Positions 30,440 to 40,877 are shown, numbered from the stretch's first letter. The stretch is 64,000 bases of DNA from Candidatus Spongiisociaceae bacterium (GCA_965262915.1 OZ253564.1:64001-128000); one strand, 5' to 3'. Numbers and translations: made by a program. Notes: generated by a model from the letters alone, not told the origin.

Positions 30440-31726
30440 GTGTCAGGAGTTAGATCGAGTGTTGTTGGGAAGTTGGACGGGTACGTTCCGCGCGTCGTAG
30501 ATTCCGAGGTTGTGGCAGCACTTCGTTCCGTCCCTGCCGTAGTCATCGAGGGCCCGCGCGCCTGCGGCAAGACAACGACCGGGCGTGAACACACGCGCAG
30601 CGAGGTGATGTTTGGCTCGGACGCCGCTGCCCGATTGGTGGCGGAGATCCATCCGGAGGCGATACTGAATGGTCCGGAGCCCCGCCTCCTGGATGAGTGG
30701 CAGTTGGCGCCCCACGTCTGGAATCAGGTGCGAGCGGCAGGCGATGACGGTCGCCGGCCTGGCAGGTTCATCCTGACGGGTTCCGCTGTGCCTGCGGACG
30801 ACGTCACCCGGCATAGCGGTGCGGGCCGGATCACCCGTGTTCGGATGCGTCCGATGTCCCTCTACGAGTCGGGGCTCTCGACGGAAGAGGCATCTCTGGC
30901 AGACCTGTTCGCCTCTTCCGTCGGCTACGTGGAACGACCTGATGCGACTCTGCAAGACTTGATAGAGGCCGCTTGCCGGGGAGGCTGGCCTGCAACCATC
31001 GATCTGAATACCCGCTCGGCTCAGGACTACGCAGTCTCTTACTTGAGCGAGATCTGCCGTGCTGACATACCGCTACTCGGCGGACCATCACGTGATCCGA
31101 TCGGGGTGGACCGCCTACTACGATCCCTCGCCCGGAATGTATCCACCGAAGCATCGCAGCGCACCCTCGCTCGCGACGCCGGAGGTGAGAATCCACTTGA
31201 TCCGCGTTCGGTCGCAGCGTACCTCGACGCGCTTCGGAGGGTGTTCGTGGTCGAGGACCAGCCGGCGTGGTCGACACGGCTTCGCTCGCGGACCCTCCTT
31301 CGACAATCCGCCAAGCGCCACTTGGTGGATCCCTCTTTGGCAGCGGCAGCTCTTCACGCTGACCCCGAGCGGTTCTGGCGCGACCTGGCTTCCTTCGGTC
31401 TCCTGTTCGAATCGATGGTGGTTAGGGACCTGAGGGTATATGCGCAGTCTATCCGGGCCCGAGTGGCTCACTATCGAGACAGCGCCGGATTGGAGATTGA
31501 CGCGATCGTTGAACGTCGGGACGGTGCCTGGATTGCGATAGAGGTCAAACTGGGGGGAGACGATGCCACCGACACGGCTGCTTCGGCCTTGCTGAAACTT
31601 CGAGACAAGGTAGATCCTGAGCATGCCGGAAAGCCCTCCAACCTGGTGGTTGTGACTGCGAGCGGTTTCGGATATCTCCGGCCTGACGGTGTCCAAGTCA
31701 TGCCCATCACCGTGCTGGGGCCCTAG
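30440..31726 (+). CDS. AAA_14 ATPase with DUF4143 (PD-(D/E)xK-like) C-terminus
   Basis: GPRACGKTT, LLDEWQ, FILTGS, HSGAGR, GGWP, LFESMVVRDL, EIDAIVE...IEVKLG. Confidence 0.88.
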   Translation: MSGVRSSVVGKLDGYVPRVVDSEVVAALRSVPAVVIEGPRACGKTTTGREHTRSEVMFGSDAAARLVAEIHPEAILNGPEPRLLDEWQLAPHVWNQVRAAGDDGRRPGRFILTGSAVPADDVTRHSGAGRITRVRMRPMSLYESGLSTEEASLADLFASSVGYVERPDATLQDLIEAACRGGWPATIDLNTRSAQDYAVSYLSEICRADIPLLGGPSRDPIGVDRLLRSLARNVSTEASQRTLARDAGGENPLDPRSVAAYLDALRRVFVVEDQPAWSTRLRSRTLLRQSAKRHLVDPSLAAAALHADPERFWRDLASFGLLFESMVVRDLRVYAQSIRARVAHYRDSAGLEIDAIVERRDGAWIAIEVKLGGDDATDTAASALLKLRDKVDPEHAGKPSNLVVVTASGFGYLRPDGVQVMPITVLGP

Positions 31727-31984
31727 AAAACGTCACCCAGAGCGTCGAGTAGACGCCACCAGAACGGCAAGTGTCCAAAGCCAGGGGTTCCGCCCCCGCT
31801 CCGAGCTGTAGAGTAGAGAGGCGGCACGGTTCCGGCACCGGTCAGGCTCTCCGTCCCGCTGTCGGTACTGCACGGACCCCGGCATGCTAGGCATGCTAGA
31901 GGTAGTTCTCTTGGCGCCGCGACTGTCGCGTCAGCGCGATATGCTCGTCGCGACGATAACGACGGGACAGCCTGATCACTCACC

Positions 31985-33061
31985 TCAGGTCCTTGGCCCA
32001 ACCATCTCGGCTATGTCGACCGGGCGACCCTCCTCAATGGACTGCTGGGCGGCTACTCCCATGGCTACGGCCAGGAGTCCGTCGTAGGCGCTGACCTGGG
32101 GCGGGGTTCCGTTGCGTATGGCGCTGAGGAACTCCAGGTGTTCTAGATAGGAAGCCCCGTGGTGGGCTCCGGTGTGGGCTATCCGGCTATCGGCGGCCGT
32201 CTCGATCCGGGGTGAGAACCAGGCTCCGCCTCTGGGGCCGGTGAGTACCAGCCCGGACGGGAGGCGCGCCTCCACCTTGCCCCGGTCCCCCACCGCCACC
32301 AGTTCCTCCTGGTTCTCGCCCGCCTCGGCGAACATGCACAGGTCCAGCATGGCGCGCTGCCCCCCGTCGTAGTCCACTATCACGTAAGCGTTGTCGAGGA
32401 TGTCGGGCCGGCGCCCTCCGTACCGCTCGTCGAGGTGGTTGACCGCCTGGCTGCCCGAGGCGTAGACCCGCACCGGGAGGTCCCCGATGATGAGGTTCAT
32501 CAGATCGAAGTGATGGCAGCACTTCTCCACCAGGGTGCCGCCCGAGTTGGCGTTGAAACGATTCCAGTCTCTCACTTTTGCCAGGAACGGGAACCGGTGC
32601 TCCCGGATCGCCAGCATCCTGAGGTCACCCACCGTGCCTGCCCGGACCTCGGCGATCAGCCGGGCGATGGCCGGCATGTAGCGGTACTCCATTCCCACCC
32701 AGAGAACCGGTTCTCGATCCCGCTGGGCCTCGACCACCCAGCGGCAGTCCTCGACCCGGGTACAGAGGGGTTTCTCGACCAGAACGTGCAGGTCGGTATC
32801 CAACAGATCCCGTAGCAGATCTATATGGGTCATGTTGGGGGTTGCGACCACGACCGCATCGCACAGCCCCGAATCGATCAGATGGTGATGGGTGTCGAAA
32901 ACCGCCACGTCCTCACCGGTCAGCCCCTCCCTGGCTGCCTCCCGGGAGGGTGGGTGCGGATCGGCCACCGCCGTCACCTTCGTCCCGTCGATGGCCCGGA
33001 TGTTCCCGATGTGCTCGATACCCATCATCCCGGTACCGATCACGCCGTAACGCACCGGCAT
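31985..33061 (-). CDS. Gfo/Idh/MocA family oxidoreductase
   Basis: GVIGTGMMG, ATPN, VEKPL, EYRY, LVEKCCHHFDL. Confidence 0.9.
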   Translation of the reverse strand: MPVRYGVIGTGMMGIEHIGNIRAIDGTKVTAVADPHPPSREAAREGLTGEDVAVFDTHHHLIDSGLCDAVVVATPNMTHIDLLRDLLDTDLHVLVEKPLCTRVEDCRWVVEAQRDREPVLWVGMEYRYMPAIARLIAEVRAGTVGDLRMLAIREHRFPFLAKVRDWNRFNANSGGTLVEKCCHHFDLMNLIIGDLPVRVYASGSQAVNHLDERYGGRRPDILDNAYVIVDYDGGQRAMLDLCMFAEAGENQEELVAVGDRGKVEARLPSGLVLTGPRGGAWFSPRIETAADSRIAHTGAHHGASYLEHLEFLSAIRNGTPPQVSAYDGLLAVAMGVAAQQSIEEGRPVDIAEMVGPRT

Positions 33062-33320
33062 CGTCACCACCGGTACCGGGCGGTTCCCCGACCCGGCGGG
33101 TATGCGGCAGGCTTTGCTGGAACTTCCACCTCTCCCGGGTCGACACATGGAGTCTACGAACCCTCACACGGTGCCGCCATCACGCGGTCGAAGGGTCACC
33201 GACCGGCTACCGGGAAGCAGAGAACCGATAGCTCGGAAGTCCCCCTTTCCACCCCATCCTCCCGACGCCGGGCCTCGGTGACCACCTACCCTGAGGTACA
33301 CGTCAGATAAAGGAGTATTC

Positions 33321-35267
33321 ATGACAACCCGACAACCGAGGCGACGCTTCGCCATCCTTGCCGTCCTGGCTCTCGTGGCCGGGATCCTGGTCTCGGTACC
33401 CGTCGTCGGGAGTGCTCAGGACACCGAGGACGCCGGCTTCGTCCTTACGATCCTCCACAACAACGATGGCGAGTCGAAGCTCCTGCCCGACGACGGTTCG
33501 GATCCGGGTGTGGCTCGCTTCGTTGCTCTGATGAAGCAGTTGCAGGCCGCTGCGGCCGGCCAAGCGGTGGTAACGCTTACTTCGGGTGACAACTTCCTGG
33601 CTTCCCAGGAGTTCGGCGTGTCCCTGGCGAGGGAAGGTCCACTCTACGACTCTGTTGCTCTGAGCGGGGTTTACGACGCGATGGCTCTGGGCAACCACGA
33701 CTTCGACATGGGTCCCGAGGTGACCTCCCGGTTCATCAAGGGTTTCGAGCCGGCCATCCCGTTCCTGTCGGCCAACCTGGACTTCTCCGGAGAACCCGGG
33801 TTGCAGGCGCTGGTGGACGAGGGCCTGATCGCCGCCAGCACAGTGATCGAGACCGGAGGAGTGCGGGTCGGCGTGATCGGTGCGGTGACGCCGCTGCTGC
33901 CCAACATCTCCAGTCCTCGCAACGTGGTGGTCTCCCCGGTGCTGCCCGCGGTCCAAGCTGAGGTGACAGCTCTGGAGGCTCAGGGGGTGAATGTTATCGT
34001 CCTGGTCAGCCACCTCCAGGACGTGGCGGAGGAGATCGAACTGGTGGCGAGCCTCTCGGGAGTCGATGTGGTGATCGCCGGCGGCGGCGATGACCTCTTG
34101 CGCAACGAAGGCGACACCTGCCTGCCGGATGAGGAGGCGGTGGCGCCCTATCCGATCATGGTGGAGGACGCTGCGGGGACGATGGTGCCGGTGATCACAG
34201 CTCCGGGTGGCTACCGCTGCATCGGAGTACTCGACGTGAAGTTCGACACGGCCGGGAATGTGGTTGCGACTGACGGCCGCTCGGTGGGGGTGGGTTTCGA
34301 CGTGGAACCCGATCCCGATGTCCAGGCCAACGTGATCGAACCGCTGTCCGCAGCAGTCGGCCTCATCGACGCCGAGGTCATCGGAACCAGCGAAGTGGCA
34401 CTGGACGGCCGCAGACCAGGGATCCGCATCATGGCGACCAACGAGGGGAACCTGATGGCCGACGCTCTGCGTGCCGCCGCCATCAACCTGGCCGACGAGT
34501 TCGGGAGTCCCGTGCCGGATGTGGCGATCCAGAACGGGGGAGGTATCCGCAACAGTTCGCTGATCCCACCAGGCGAGATAACCGTCGGGACCACGTGGGA
34601 CATCGCTCCCTTCCGCAACTTCGTGGTCGTCGGGGAGGTACCGCGCGACGTCTTCCACATCCTGCTGGAACAGGCCGTGGACCGGATACCGGGCGCCGGG
34701 GGCCAGTTCGCCCAGGTGTCGGGGTTCACCCTCACCTACGATCCGGCTGCCCCTGCCAGAGAGATCGCGCGGGACGGAGACTGCTCCCTCGTCGGCAATC
34801 CCGGGGAGCGGGTGAGAGAGGTGGTCCTCGACGACGGCACGGTCATCGTCAGCGATGGCCAGGTTGTACCGGGTGATCCGGTCGCGCTGGCCATCATCGA
34901 CTTCCTGGTAGGTGGTGGGGACTGCTACCCGCTGACGGACATCAGCTTCACCAAGCTCGGTGTCAGCTACCAGCAGGCCCTGGCCAACTACATCTCGACG
35001 GACCTCGGCGGGACCATCACGGCCGAGGACTACCCGGTCGGTGGCGGGGGCAGGATCGTAGCCCTTGAACCCGAACCCGAGACCATCGAGGTGACGGTGC
35101 AGGCGGGTGACACTCTGCGGAAGATCGCCATGACCCATCTGGGGGACGAGAACCGCTGGTCGGAGATCTTCGCACTCAACGAGGGTGTGACCCAGGCGGG
35201 CGGTCGGGCGCTCACCAACCCCGACCTGATTCTCATCGGCTGGGTCCTGCAGATTCCTGCCCCCTAA
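33321..35267 (+). CDS. Secreted 5'-nucleotidase/metallophosphoesterase with C-terminal LysM
   Basis: Signal peptide; ILHNNDGES, SGDNF, GNHDFD, LSANL, VSH, NGGGIR, QVSG; terminal VTVQAGDTLRKIA...PDLILIGWVLQIP (LysM); AAGGAG RBS. Confidence 0.9.
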   Translation: MTTRQPRRRFAILAVLALVAGILVSVPVVGSAQDTEDAGFVLTILHNNDGESKLLPDDGSDPGVARFVALMKQLQAAAAGQAVVTLTSGDNFLASQEFGVSLAREGPLYDSVALSGVYDAMALGNHDFDMGPEVTSRFIKGFEPAIPFLSANLDFSGEPGLQALVDEGLIAASTVIETGGVRVGVIGAVTPLLPNISSPRNVVVSPVLPAVQAEVTALEAQGVNVIVLVSHLQDVAEEIELVASLSGVDVVIAGGGDDLLRNEGDTCLPDEEAVAPYPIMVEDAAGTMVPVITAPGGYRCIGVLDVKFDTAGNVVATDGRSVGVGFDVEPDPDVQANVIEPLSAAVGLIDAEVIGTSEVALDGRRPGIRIMATNEGNLMADALRAAAINLADEFGSPVPDVAIQNGGGIRNSSLIPPGEITVGTTWDIAPFRNFVVVGEVPRDVFHILLEQAVDRIPGAGGQFAQVSGFTLTYDPAAPAREIARDGDCSLVGNPGERVREVVLDDGTVIVSDGQVVPGDPVALAIIDFLVGGGDCYPLTDISFTKLGVSYQQALANYISTDLGGTITAEDYPVGGGGRIVALEPEPETIEVTVQAGDTLRKIAMTHLGDENRWSEIFALNEGVTQAGGRALTNPDLILIGWVLQIPAP

Positions 35268-35288
35268 CCGCTCCTGCTCCCTCGACAT

Positions 35289-35320
35289 GCGGGTGTCCCG
35301 GCCTCGGCCGGGACACCCGC
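35289..35320. terminator. Perfect 15-bp hairpin downstream of the nucleotidase gene
   Basis: GCGGGTGTCCCGGCC-TC-GGCCGGGACACCCGC. Confidence 0.6.
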
Positions 35321-35455
35321 GTCCACGGGCCCCTGGAGTGATCGACGCTCCGGTAACACGCGAGGCCTTGAGAGGGTGAGCGGGCGTTCCAGCGGGAGTC
35401 GACCGCACGGCCCATCTACGAGGCCAACCCCGTCCGGTCTTCGGACCACGATCCG

Positions 35456-35953
35456 GTGATCATCGGTCTGCATCTCGGGAAAGGCTCGACCCCGGGGCCG
35501 ACCCCGACCGGCGAGGTTCGAGTGGTCGAGACACCCTTCACCGACCTGGAAGACGCGTCGGACGCCCACCGCCACAACATCGGCCGCGTCTACGGCCTGG
35601 GAATAACAACGGGTAGGGCGCAGACCACGTTCTCGCCCCTCGCCTGCGCGGACCGTGGGCGGATGGCATCCCTCCTGGCCCGGCTCCACAGCGTGCTGAC
35701 CGGAGATACCGCTGCAGTGGTTGCGACACCGTTCACCGACTTGAACGAAGCGTCGAGCACCCTCGGCGACGACATCGGCCTCGTCTACGGACTCGGTATA
35801 ACAAGCGGTACGTCGGATACGACGTTCTCCCCCGATGCTTGCACGACCCGCCAGCAGATGGCGTCGTTGCTGGTGAGGACATACCGGGCGGCAACGATCG
35901 CCGGACGCTCCTCGCACACCTCGGACACTGAAGGGCTGGACACCCCGGAGTAG
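35456..35953 (+). CDS. S-layer homology (SLH) repeat protein, probably a fragment
   Basis: Two repeats TPFTDL...I..VYGLGIT.G...TTFSP....R..MASLL.R; no signal peptide. Confidence 0.7.
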   Translation: MIIGLHLGKGSTPGPTPTGEVRVVETPFTDLEDASDAHRHNIGRVYGLGITTGRAQTTFSPLACADRGRMASLLARLHSVLTGDTAAVVATPFTDLNEASSTLGDDIGLVYGLGITSGTSDTTFSPDACTTRQQMASLLVRTYRAATIAGRSSHTSDTEGLDTPE

Positions 35954-35978
35954 GAGTGGACGGGAACGATCGGTGGCG

Positions 35979-37310
35979 TCACAGCCCGTTGCGGATGATC
36001 ACATCCCGGTACCAGTAGGCCGAGCCCTTCGGTGTGCGGCGCTGGGTGACGTGATCGACATGGACCAGGCCGAAGCGGCGCGAGTAGCCGAAGCTCCACT
36101 CGAAATTGTCCAGCAGGGTCCAGGCGAAGTAACCCCGCAGCGGAACGCCGTCGGCGATCGAGCGGGCGGCTTCGACGAGGTGGCGCTCCAGATACGAGCG
36201 ACGGCCCTGGTCGTCGACCGTCTCGCCGTCCTGGATCGTGTCCGGGTAGGCAGCTCCGTTCTCCGTTACATAAACCGCCTCGACACCGCGGCCGGCCAGC
36301 ATCCGCAGCATCTGGCCGAGACCGGCAGGTGTCACCGGCCAACCCATCTCGGTCACCTCGGCAGGAGGCCTGCTCAACGGTGACGGCCGGTCGCAGTCCC
36401 TGAGGCCCGGATACCCGACCACCTCGGTGCGGTAGTAGTTGAGTCCCACAGCGTCCAGCGGCTGGGCGATGATGCCCAGGTCACCGTCGGCTACGACCGA
36501 GGCCGGCCAGCCGGTCAGCGCCGCCAAGTCGTCCGGATACCGCCCGACGAGCAAGGGGTCCAGGAACCACCGGTTCATCAGACCTTCCTCGAAGGCGGCC
36601 GCGTCCCGGTCCAGCGGATGATCCGAGCGCGGGACGCGGGGTTCGAGGTTGAGAGCGATGCCCACTTCGATGTCGCCGTGCCCGGCTCGTAGCGCCTGCG
36701 ACGCCAACCCGTGCCCGAGTAACTGGTGATGGATCACATCGAGTTCGGCGCCCGAGTTGACCAGCCCGGGAGCGTGCTGACCGGTCCGGTGGCCGAGGTG
36801 GGCCACCACCCAAGGCTCGTTGAGGGTAAACCAGTGCCTGACCCGGTCCCCGAGCCGGGCTTCCACCGCTGCTGCGTAGTCAGCGAACGCATGTGCCGTG
36901 TCCCGGACTCTCCAACCCCCGGCGTCTTCGATGCACTGCGGATGGTCCCAGTGGTACAGAGTGACGAACGGCTCGATACCCGCCTCCAGGAGCCCGTCCA
37001 CCAGCCGGTCGTAGAAGTCCAGACCCGCCTGGTTGGCGGTACCGCTCCCTTCCGGTAACACCCTCGGCCAGGCCACCGAGAAGCGATAGGCGGACAGTCC
37101 CAGCTCCTCCATGATCCGGATGTCGTCCCGCCATCGGTGATAATGATCGCAGGCCACATCACCCGTGTCGCCGTTCATCACCCGCCCGGGAATCCGGCAG
37201 AAACGGTCCCATACGCTCTCCGACCTACCGTCCTCGGCCACTGCGCCCTCGATTTGGTACGAGGAGGTGGCCGCACCCCAAAGGAACCCGTCAGGGAAGC
37301 GGCGGGTCAC
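35979..37310 (-). CDS. GH1 beta-glucosidase
   Basis: FLWGAATSSYQIEG, DHYHRW, TLYHWD, TLNEP, VTENG, LLDNFEW. Confidence 0.95.
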   Translation of the reverse strand: MTRRFPDGFLWGAATSSYQIEGAVAEDGRSESVWDRFCRIPGRVMNGDTGDVACDHYHRWRDDIRIMEELGLSAYRFSVAWPRVLPEGSGTANQAGLDFYDRLVDGLLEAGIEPFVTLYHWDHPQCIEDAGGWRVRDTAHAFADYAAAVEARLGDRVRHWFTLNEPWVVAHLGHRTGQHAPGLVNSGAELDVIHHQLLGHGLASQALRAGHGDIEVGIALNLEPRVPRSDHPLDRDAAAFEEGLMNRWFLDPLLVGRYPDDLAALTGWPASVVADGDLGIIAQPLDAVGLNYYRTEVVGYPGLRDCDRPSPLSRPPAEVTEMGWPVTPAGLGQMLRMLAGRGVEAVYVTENGAAYPDTIQDGETVDDQGRRSYLERHLVEAARSIADGVPLRGYFAWTLLDNFEWSFGYSRRFGLVHVDHVTQRRTPKGSAYWYRDVIIRNGL

Positions 37311-38890
37311 GAACGAAGCATCGCGCCGTCCAAGCGGCCCAGGGTGAGTTCACCGTTCACCGGGCCCGTAACATTCCTGCTCGTTGCCACCAGTACCTCC
37401 CCTTCGGCCGGCACCGGAACCGGCTCGTCACCGAAGTTGAGGTAGACACAGACGGTCTCGGCATCGGTGAGGCGCCGGTAGGCGAAGATCGTCTCCGGCG
37501 GGCCTTCGATGGCTTCGTAGGAACCGACGCGCAACGCAGGAGAACCCTTTCGCACTGCGAGCAGGCGGCGGGTGAAGTTGATCATGGAGTCCGGATCGTC
37601 CAACTGGGCTTCGACGTTGGTAGCGCCATCGGGATCGACGGTCGCCAGCCACGGCTGCCCGGTCGTGAAGCCCGCCGAGGCCTGCGCATTCCATTGCATC
37701 GGTGTTCGGCAACCGTCCCGCCCCAGGCCCGGTTGCCTCCGACCCCAGGGATCCTGCTGCTCCTCGGGCGGGATGTCGGCTTGCACCATGCCCAACTCGT
37801 CGCCGTAGTACAAGGTCGGGGTACCCCTCAGCGTGAGGAGCATCAAGGTGGCCATGCGGGCGCGGCGGTTCCCGTATCTGGTGGCAATCCGTATCTCGTC
37901 GTGGTTACCGAGTACGTAGTTCGGCCAAGCACCCGGCGGCAGCACCGCCTCCTGGGATTCGACCACCTGCCGTGCCCAGGCAGCGGTCCACTCTCCGTGC
38001 AGCATGCCGAAGTGGTAGGGCATGTGGAGTTCGTCCCCATCCCCGTAATAGGCCGCCCACTCCTGGCCCTCCAAGTGGATCTCCCCTACGGAGAACCTCG
38101 GCCGGTCCGCCGAGAATTCGTCGAGCACCGCCCGCACCGCCCGGAACAGACCGTGTATGTCCGGATGGCCCCGGTCGTAGAGATGGACCAGCCTGTCGTA
38201 CTCGCCCAGGTTCTTGTAACCGTGCTCGGGACGCTCCAGCACCGGGTTGGAGCGGTATTCGGGATCCTTCATGGCGAAGTGGCAGGCGTCCAACCGGAAC
38301 CCGTCGACCCCTCGGCGGAGCCAGAACCGGAGCGTGTCGAGCATGGCTTCCTTCAATGCCGGGTCCCGCCAGTTCAGGTCGGGTTGGCCGGCCAGGAAGC
38401 TGTGCAGGTAGTACTGGCCGGTGTGGTCGTCATACGTCCAGGCCGGGCCGCTGAACACCGAGATCCAGTTGTTGGGCTCGGATCCGTCGGGCGCCGGGTC
38501 CCTCCATACATACCAGTCGCGCTTGGGGTTGTCACGGGAAGAACGAGACTCCACAAACCAGGGGTGCGTGGACGAGGAATGGTTGGGAACCCAGTCGACG
38601 ATCACCCGAAGGCCGAACTCATGTGCCCGCCTTACCAGGGCGTCGAAGTCGTCGAGGCTGCCGAAGATCGGGTCCACATCCACGTAGTCGGCCACGTCGT
38701 ATCCGAAGTCGGCCATCGGCGACCTGTAGAAGGGTGAGATCCAGACCGCGTCCACGCCCAGCGTTCCGGCAAGATAGTCGAGCTTGGAGGTGATTCCCGC
38801 CAGATCACCGATGCCGTCCCCGTTGGCATCCATGAAGCTGCGCGGATAGATCTGGTAGATGACGGCCTCGTGCCACCACTCGTATTGCAT
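37307..38890 (-). CDS. GH13 alpha-glucosidase/oligo-1,6-glucosidase
   Basis: YQIYPRSFMD, DFGYDV, VPNHSS, QPDLNW, GFRLDA, VGE, NHD, RDGCRTPMQW; GGAGG upstream of ATG 38890. Confidence 0.94.
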   Translation of the reverse strand: MQYEWWHEAVIYQIYPRSFMDANGDGIGDLAGITSKLDYLAGTLGVDAVWISPFYRSPMADFGYDVADYVDVDPIFGSLDDFDALVRRAHEFGLRVIVDWVPNHSSSTHPWFVESRSSRDNPKRDWYVWRDPAPDGSEPNNWISVFSGPAWTYDDHTGQYYLHSFLAGQPDLNWRDPALKEAMLDTLRFWLRRGVDGFRLDACHFAMKDPEYRSNPVLERPEHGYKNLGEYDRLVHLYDRGHPDIHGLFRAVRAVLDEFSADRPRFSVGEIHLEGQEWAAYYGDGDELHMPYHFGMLHGEWTAAWARQVVESQEAVLPPGAWPNYVLGNHDEIRIATRYGNRRARMATLMLLTLRGTPTLYYGDELGMVQADIPPEEQQDPWGRRQPGLGRDGCRTPMQWNAQASAGFTTGQPWLATVDPDGATNVEAQLDDPDSMINFTRRLLAVRKGSPALRVGSYEAIEGPPETIFAYRRLTDAETVCVYLNFGDEPVPVPAEGEVLVATSRNVTGPVNGELTLGRLDGAMLRS

Positions 38891-38991
38891 TTCTTCCTCC
38901 AGGAGCAGCCGCACGTTACCCAACCGTCCGCGCCTAGCCCCAATCGCCTGCGCTTCGTTCGGACCCGCGAGGCACTCCAGGCGCCACCCTG

Positions 38992-39624
38992 TCACTGGAC
39001 CATATCGACATCGAGGCGGATCGACTCACCGAGACGGTGCATGCCGCCGATACTGACCAAGCGGGCTTCCGCCAGCGTATCCCATGTCCCTCGGAACAGG
39101 GGCGCACCCGTCCCTCCGGCCAGTAGCGGCCCGTAGTACAGCACCACACGGTCGACGAGTCCGGCATCGAGGAACGAGCGGAACAGGAGGGCGCCTCCCT
39201 CGACCATAATCCTCCGCATGCCCAGCGCGCCGAGTCGGGCTAGACCGGTCGCCAGGTCCACACGGTCGCCCGAGACATCGGGCGCCACGAATACTCGCCC
39301 CGGCACCTCCAGTGCGGTGGGAGACAACACGATCGGATCACGCCCGAACAGATGTGCTGCGGGCGGCAACTCTCCCCGCCCGGCCACGATCACCGGGGTC
39401 GGCTGCTCGATGCCTAGCCCACGGCAGGCGTCGAGCCGGACCGTCAGGCGGGGGTCGTCGGCCCTGACGGTACCCGCTCCCACCATCACGGCATCGACCT
39501 CGGCCCTCAGCCGGTGAGCATCCCGGCGAGCCTCCGGTGAGCTGATCCATTGGGAAGTTCCGTCGGCCGCAGCCAGCTGGCCGTCGAGGGTCATGGCCGC
39601 CTTCATGATGACGGTGGGCCGCAT
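38992..39624 (-). CDS. ribD: RibD C-terminal reductase-domain protein (no deaminase domain)
   Basis: KAAMTLDG...SQWISS, HRLR, GAGTVRADDPRLTVR, VEGG. Confidence 0.8.
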   Translation of the reverse strand: MRPTVIMKAAMTLDGQLAAADGTSQWISSPEARRDAHRLRAEVDAVMVGAGTVRADDPRLTVRLDACRGLGIEQPTPVIVAGRGELPPAAHLFGRDPIVLSPTALEVPGRVFVAPDVSGDRVDLATGLARLGALGMRRIMVEGGALLFRSFLDAGLVDRVVLYYGPLLAGGTGAPLFRGTWDTLAEARLVSIGGMHRLGESIRLDVDMVQ

Positions 39625-39695
39625 GTGGGAAGGGTAGTGGTCCGTGTTCAGTGAGGTTATACACATGTTACAGCTCTCCCAGGTTGGTCTCGCCA

Positions 39696-40298
39696 CTAGC
39701 CACTGGCCATCGACCTCTCGTGTTCCAGGAGCAGCCGTTTGCGTTCGAGGCCCCCGGCGTAGCCGTGCAGGCTGCCGTCGGCGGCGACTACACGATGACA
39801 CGGAAGGACGACGGGAATCGGGTTGGCCCCCAAAGCGCGGCCGGTTGCCCGGGACGCATTCGGATTGCCCACCATGGCGGCTACCTGTCCGTAGGTGCGG
39901 ACCTCGCCCAACGGGATTCGGGCGGTCGCGACCAGCACTCGCTCCTGGAACGGCGTGATGAGGGAATGATCGAGGCGTAGATCGGGCACCTGCCGGCCGG
40001 CAAAATATGCTTCGAGCCAGGAACGAACCGACCCGACCGCTGACGGTAACCGGACTATGCGCGGCGACACCTTCCTGGACACTGACCTCATGATCTCATC
40101 CAGGTCGTCCGTTTCGAATGCCAGGGCCATAAGACCTTGGTGGGTAACCAGAGCTGTCAGGTCACCGATCCGGGAAGGCACCCTGCCGAAGGCGACCTCG
40201 GCCTCTCCTTCACTGAACGCCCGCCGCGCGAAGCGCCTCACAGCATCCTCGGTGGAAACGGACTGGAGGTTCCTGATCCTCTCGGCAACGTCGCTCAT
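39696..40298 (-). CDS. ogt: Methylated-DNA--protein-cysteine S-methyltransferase
   Basis: TPFQERV, IPLGEVRTYG, RATGRALGANP, PCHRVV, GYAGGLERK. Confidence 0.93.
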   Translation of the reverse strand: MSDVAERIRNLQSVSTEDAVRRFARRAFSEGEAEVAFGRVPSRIGDLTALVTHQGLMALAFETDDLDEIMRSVSRKVSPRIVRLPSAVGSVRSWLEAYFAGRQVPDLRLDHSLITPFQERVLVATARIPLGEVRTYGQVAAMVGNPNASRATGRALGANPIPVVLPCHRVVAADGSLHGYAGGLERKRLLLEHERSMASG

Positions 40299-40753
40299 CT
40301 GTAGTCCTTTCGGAGTGAAGCCAGCCCGGCCCGCACGTTCTGCCGAGCAGCGGGCTCGCTGATCGCCATGACCGTTGCGATATCCGCGTACACAAGATCG
40401 GCGAGATAGCGCAGAGTCACGGCGGCCCGCTGCTTCTCCGGAAGCCCGGCTACCCGGCCCCAGAGTTCCATGTCGCGCATCGCTCGAGGCTGCGACGGTT
40501 GGTCCGGTACGGAGGCGAACGGCCGCTCTCTCGAGTGTTTCCGGAAATGGTCGATGGCCTTGCGGCGGGCAATCGTGAACAGCCAACCTCTCAGATTCCG
40601 GCCATGGCGCAGACCCTCGTACGAGCGGAGGGCGGCCATGAGGGTCTCCTGCAGGCAGTCGTCGGCCGCGACCGGACCCACCATCCCGCACAGGAAACGA
40701 TGGAGCGAACGTATGTGCTCGTCAACGAGCTTCTGGAACGGCGGCAGGTTCAT
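40295..40753 (-). CDS. ECF RNA polymerase sigma factor
   Basis: ADDCLQET, LRGWLFTIARRK, LPEKQRAAVTLRY, YADIA; coupled to ogt (ATGA overlap). Confidence 0.9.
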   Translation of the reverse strand: MNLPPFQKLVDEHIRSLHRFLCGMVGPVAADDCLQETLMAALRSYEGLRHGRNLRGWLFTIARRKAIDHFRKHSRERPFASVPDQPSQPRAMRDMELWGRVAGLPEKQRAAVTLRYLADLVYADIATVMAISEPAARQNVRAGLASLRKDYR

Positions 40754-40840
40754 CTGCCTTCTAAACGGTACAGGGCCACGATCCGTGAGATGGTCCCTTC
40801 TCGAAAGCGCGGCGACCCAGCCCGGTTAGCGAGAAGAGGG

Positions 40841-40877
40841 TTGACCATTAAGTGCAATATGGATACAGTGTGTTGCA
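40841..40877 (+). promoter_or_regulatory. Sigma70-type promoter with overlapping palindromic operator, likely leaderless mRNA
   Basis: TTGACC(40841)-17 bp-TACAGT(40864); TGCAATAT...GTGTTGCA inverted repeat; ATG at 40878. Confidence 0.65.
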
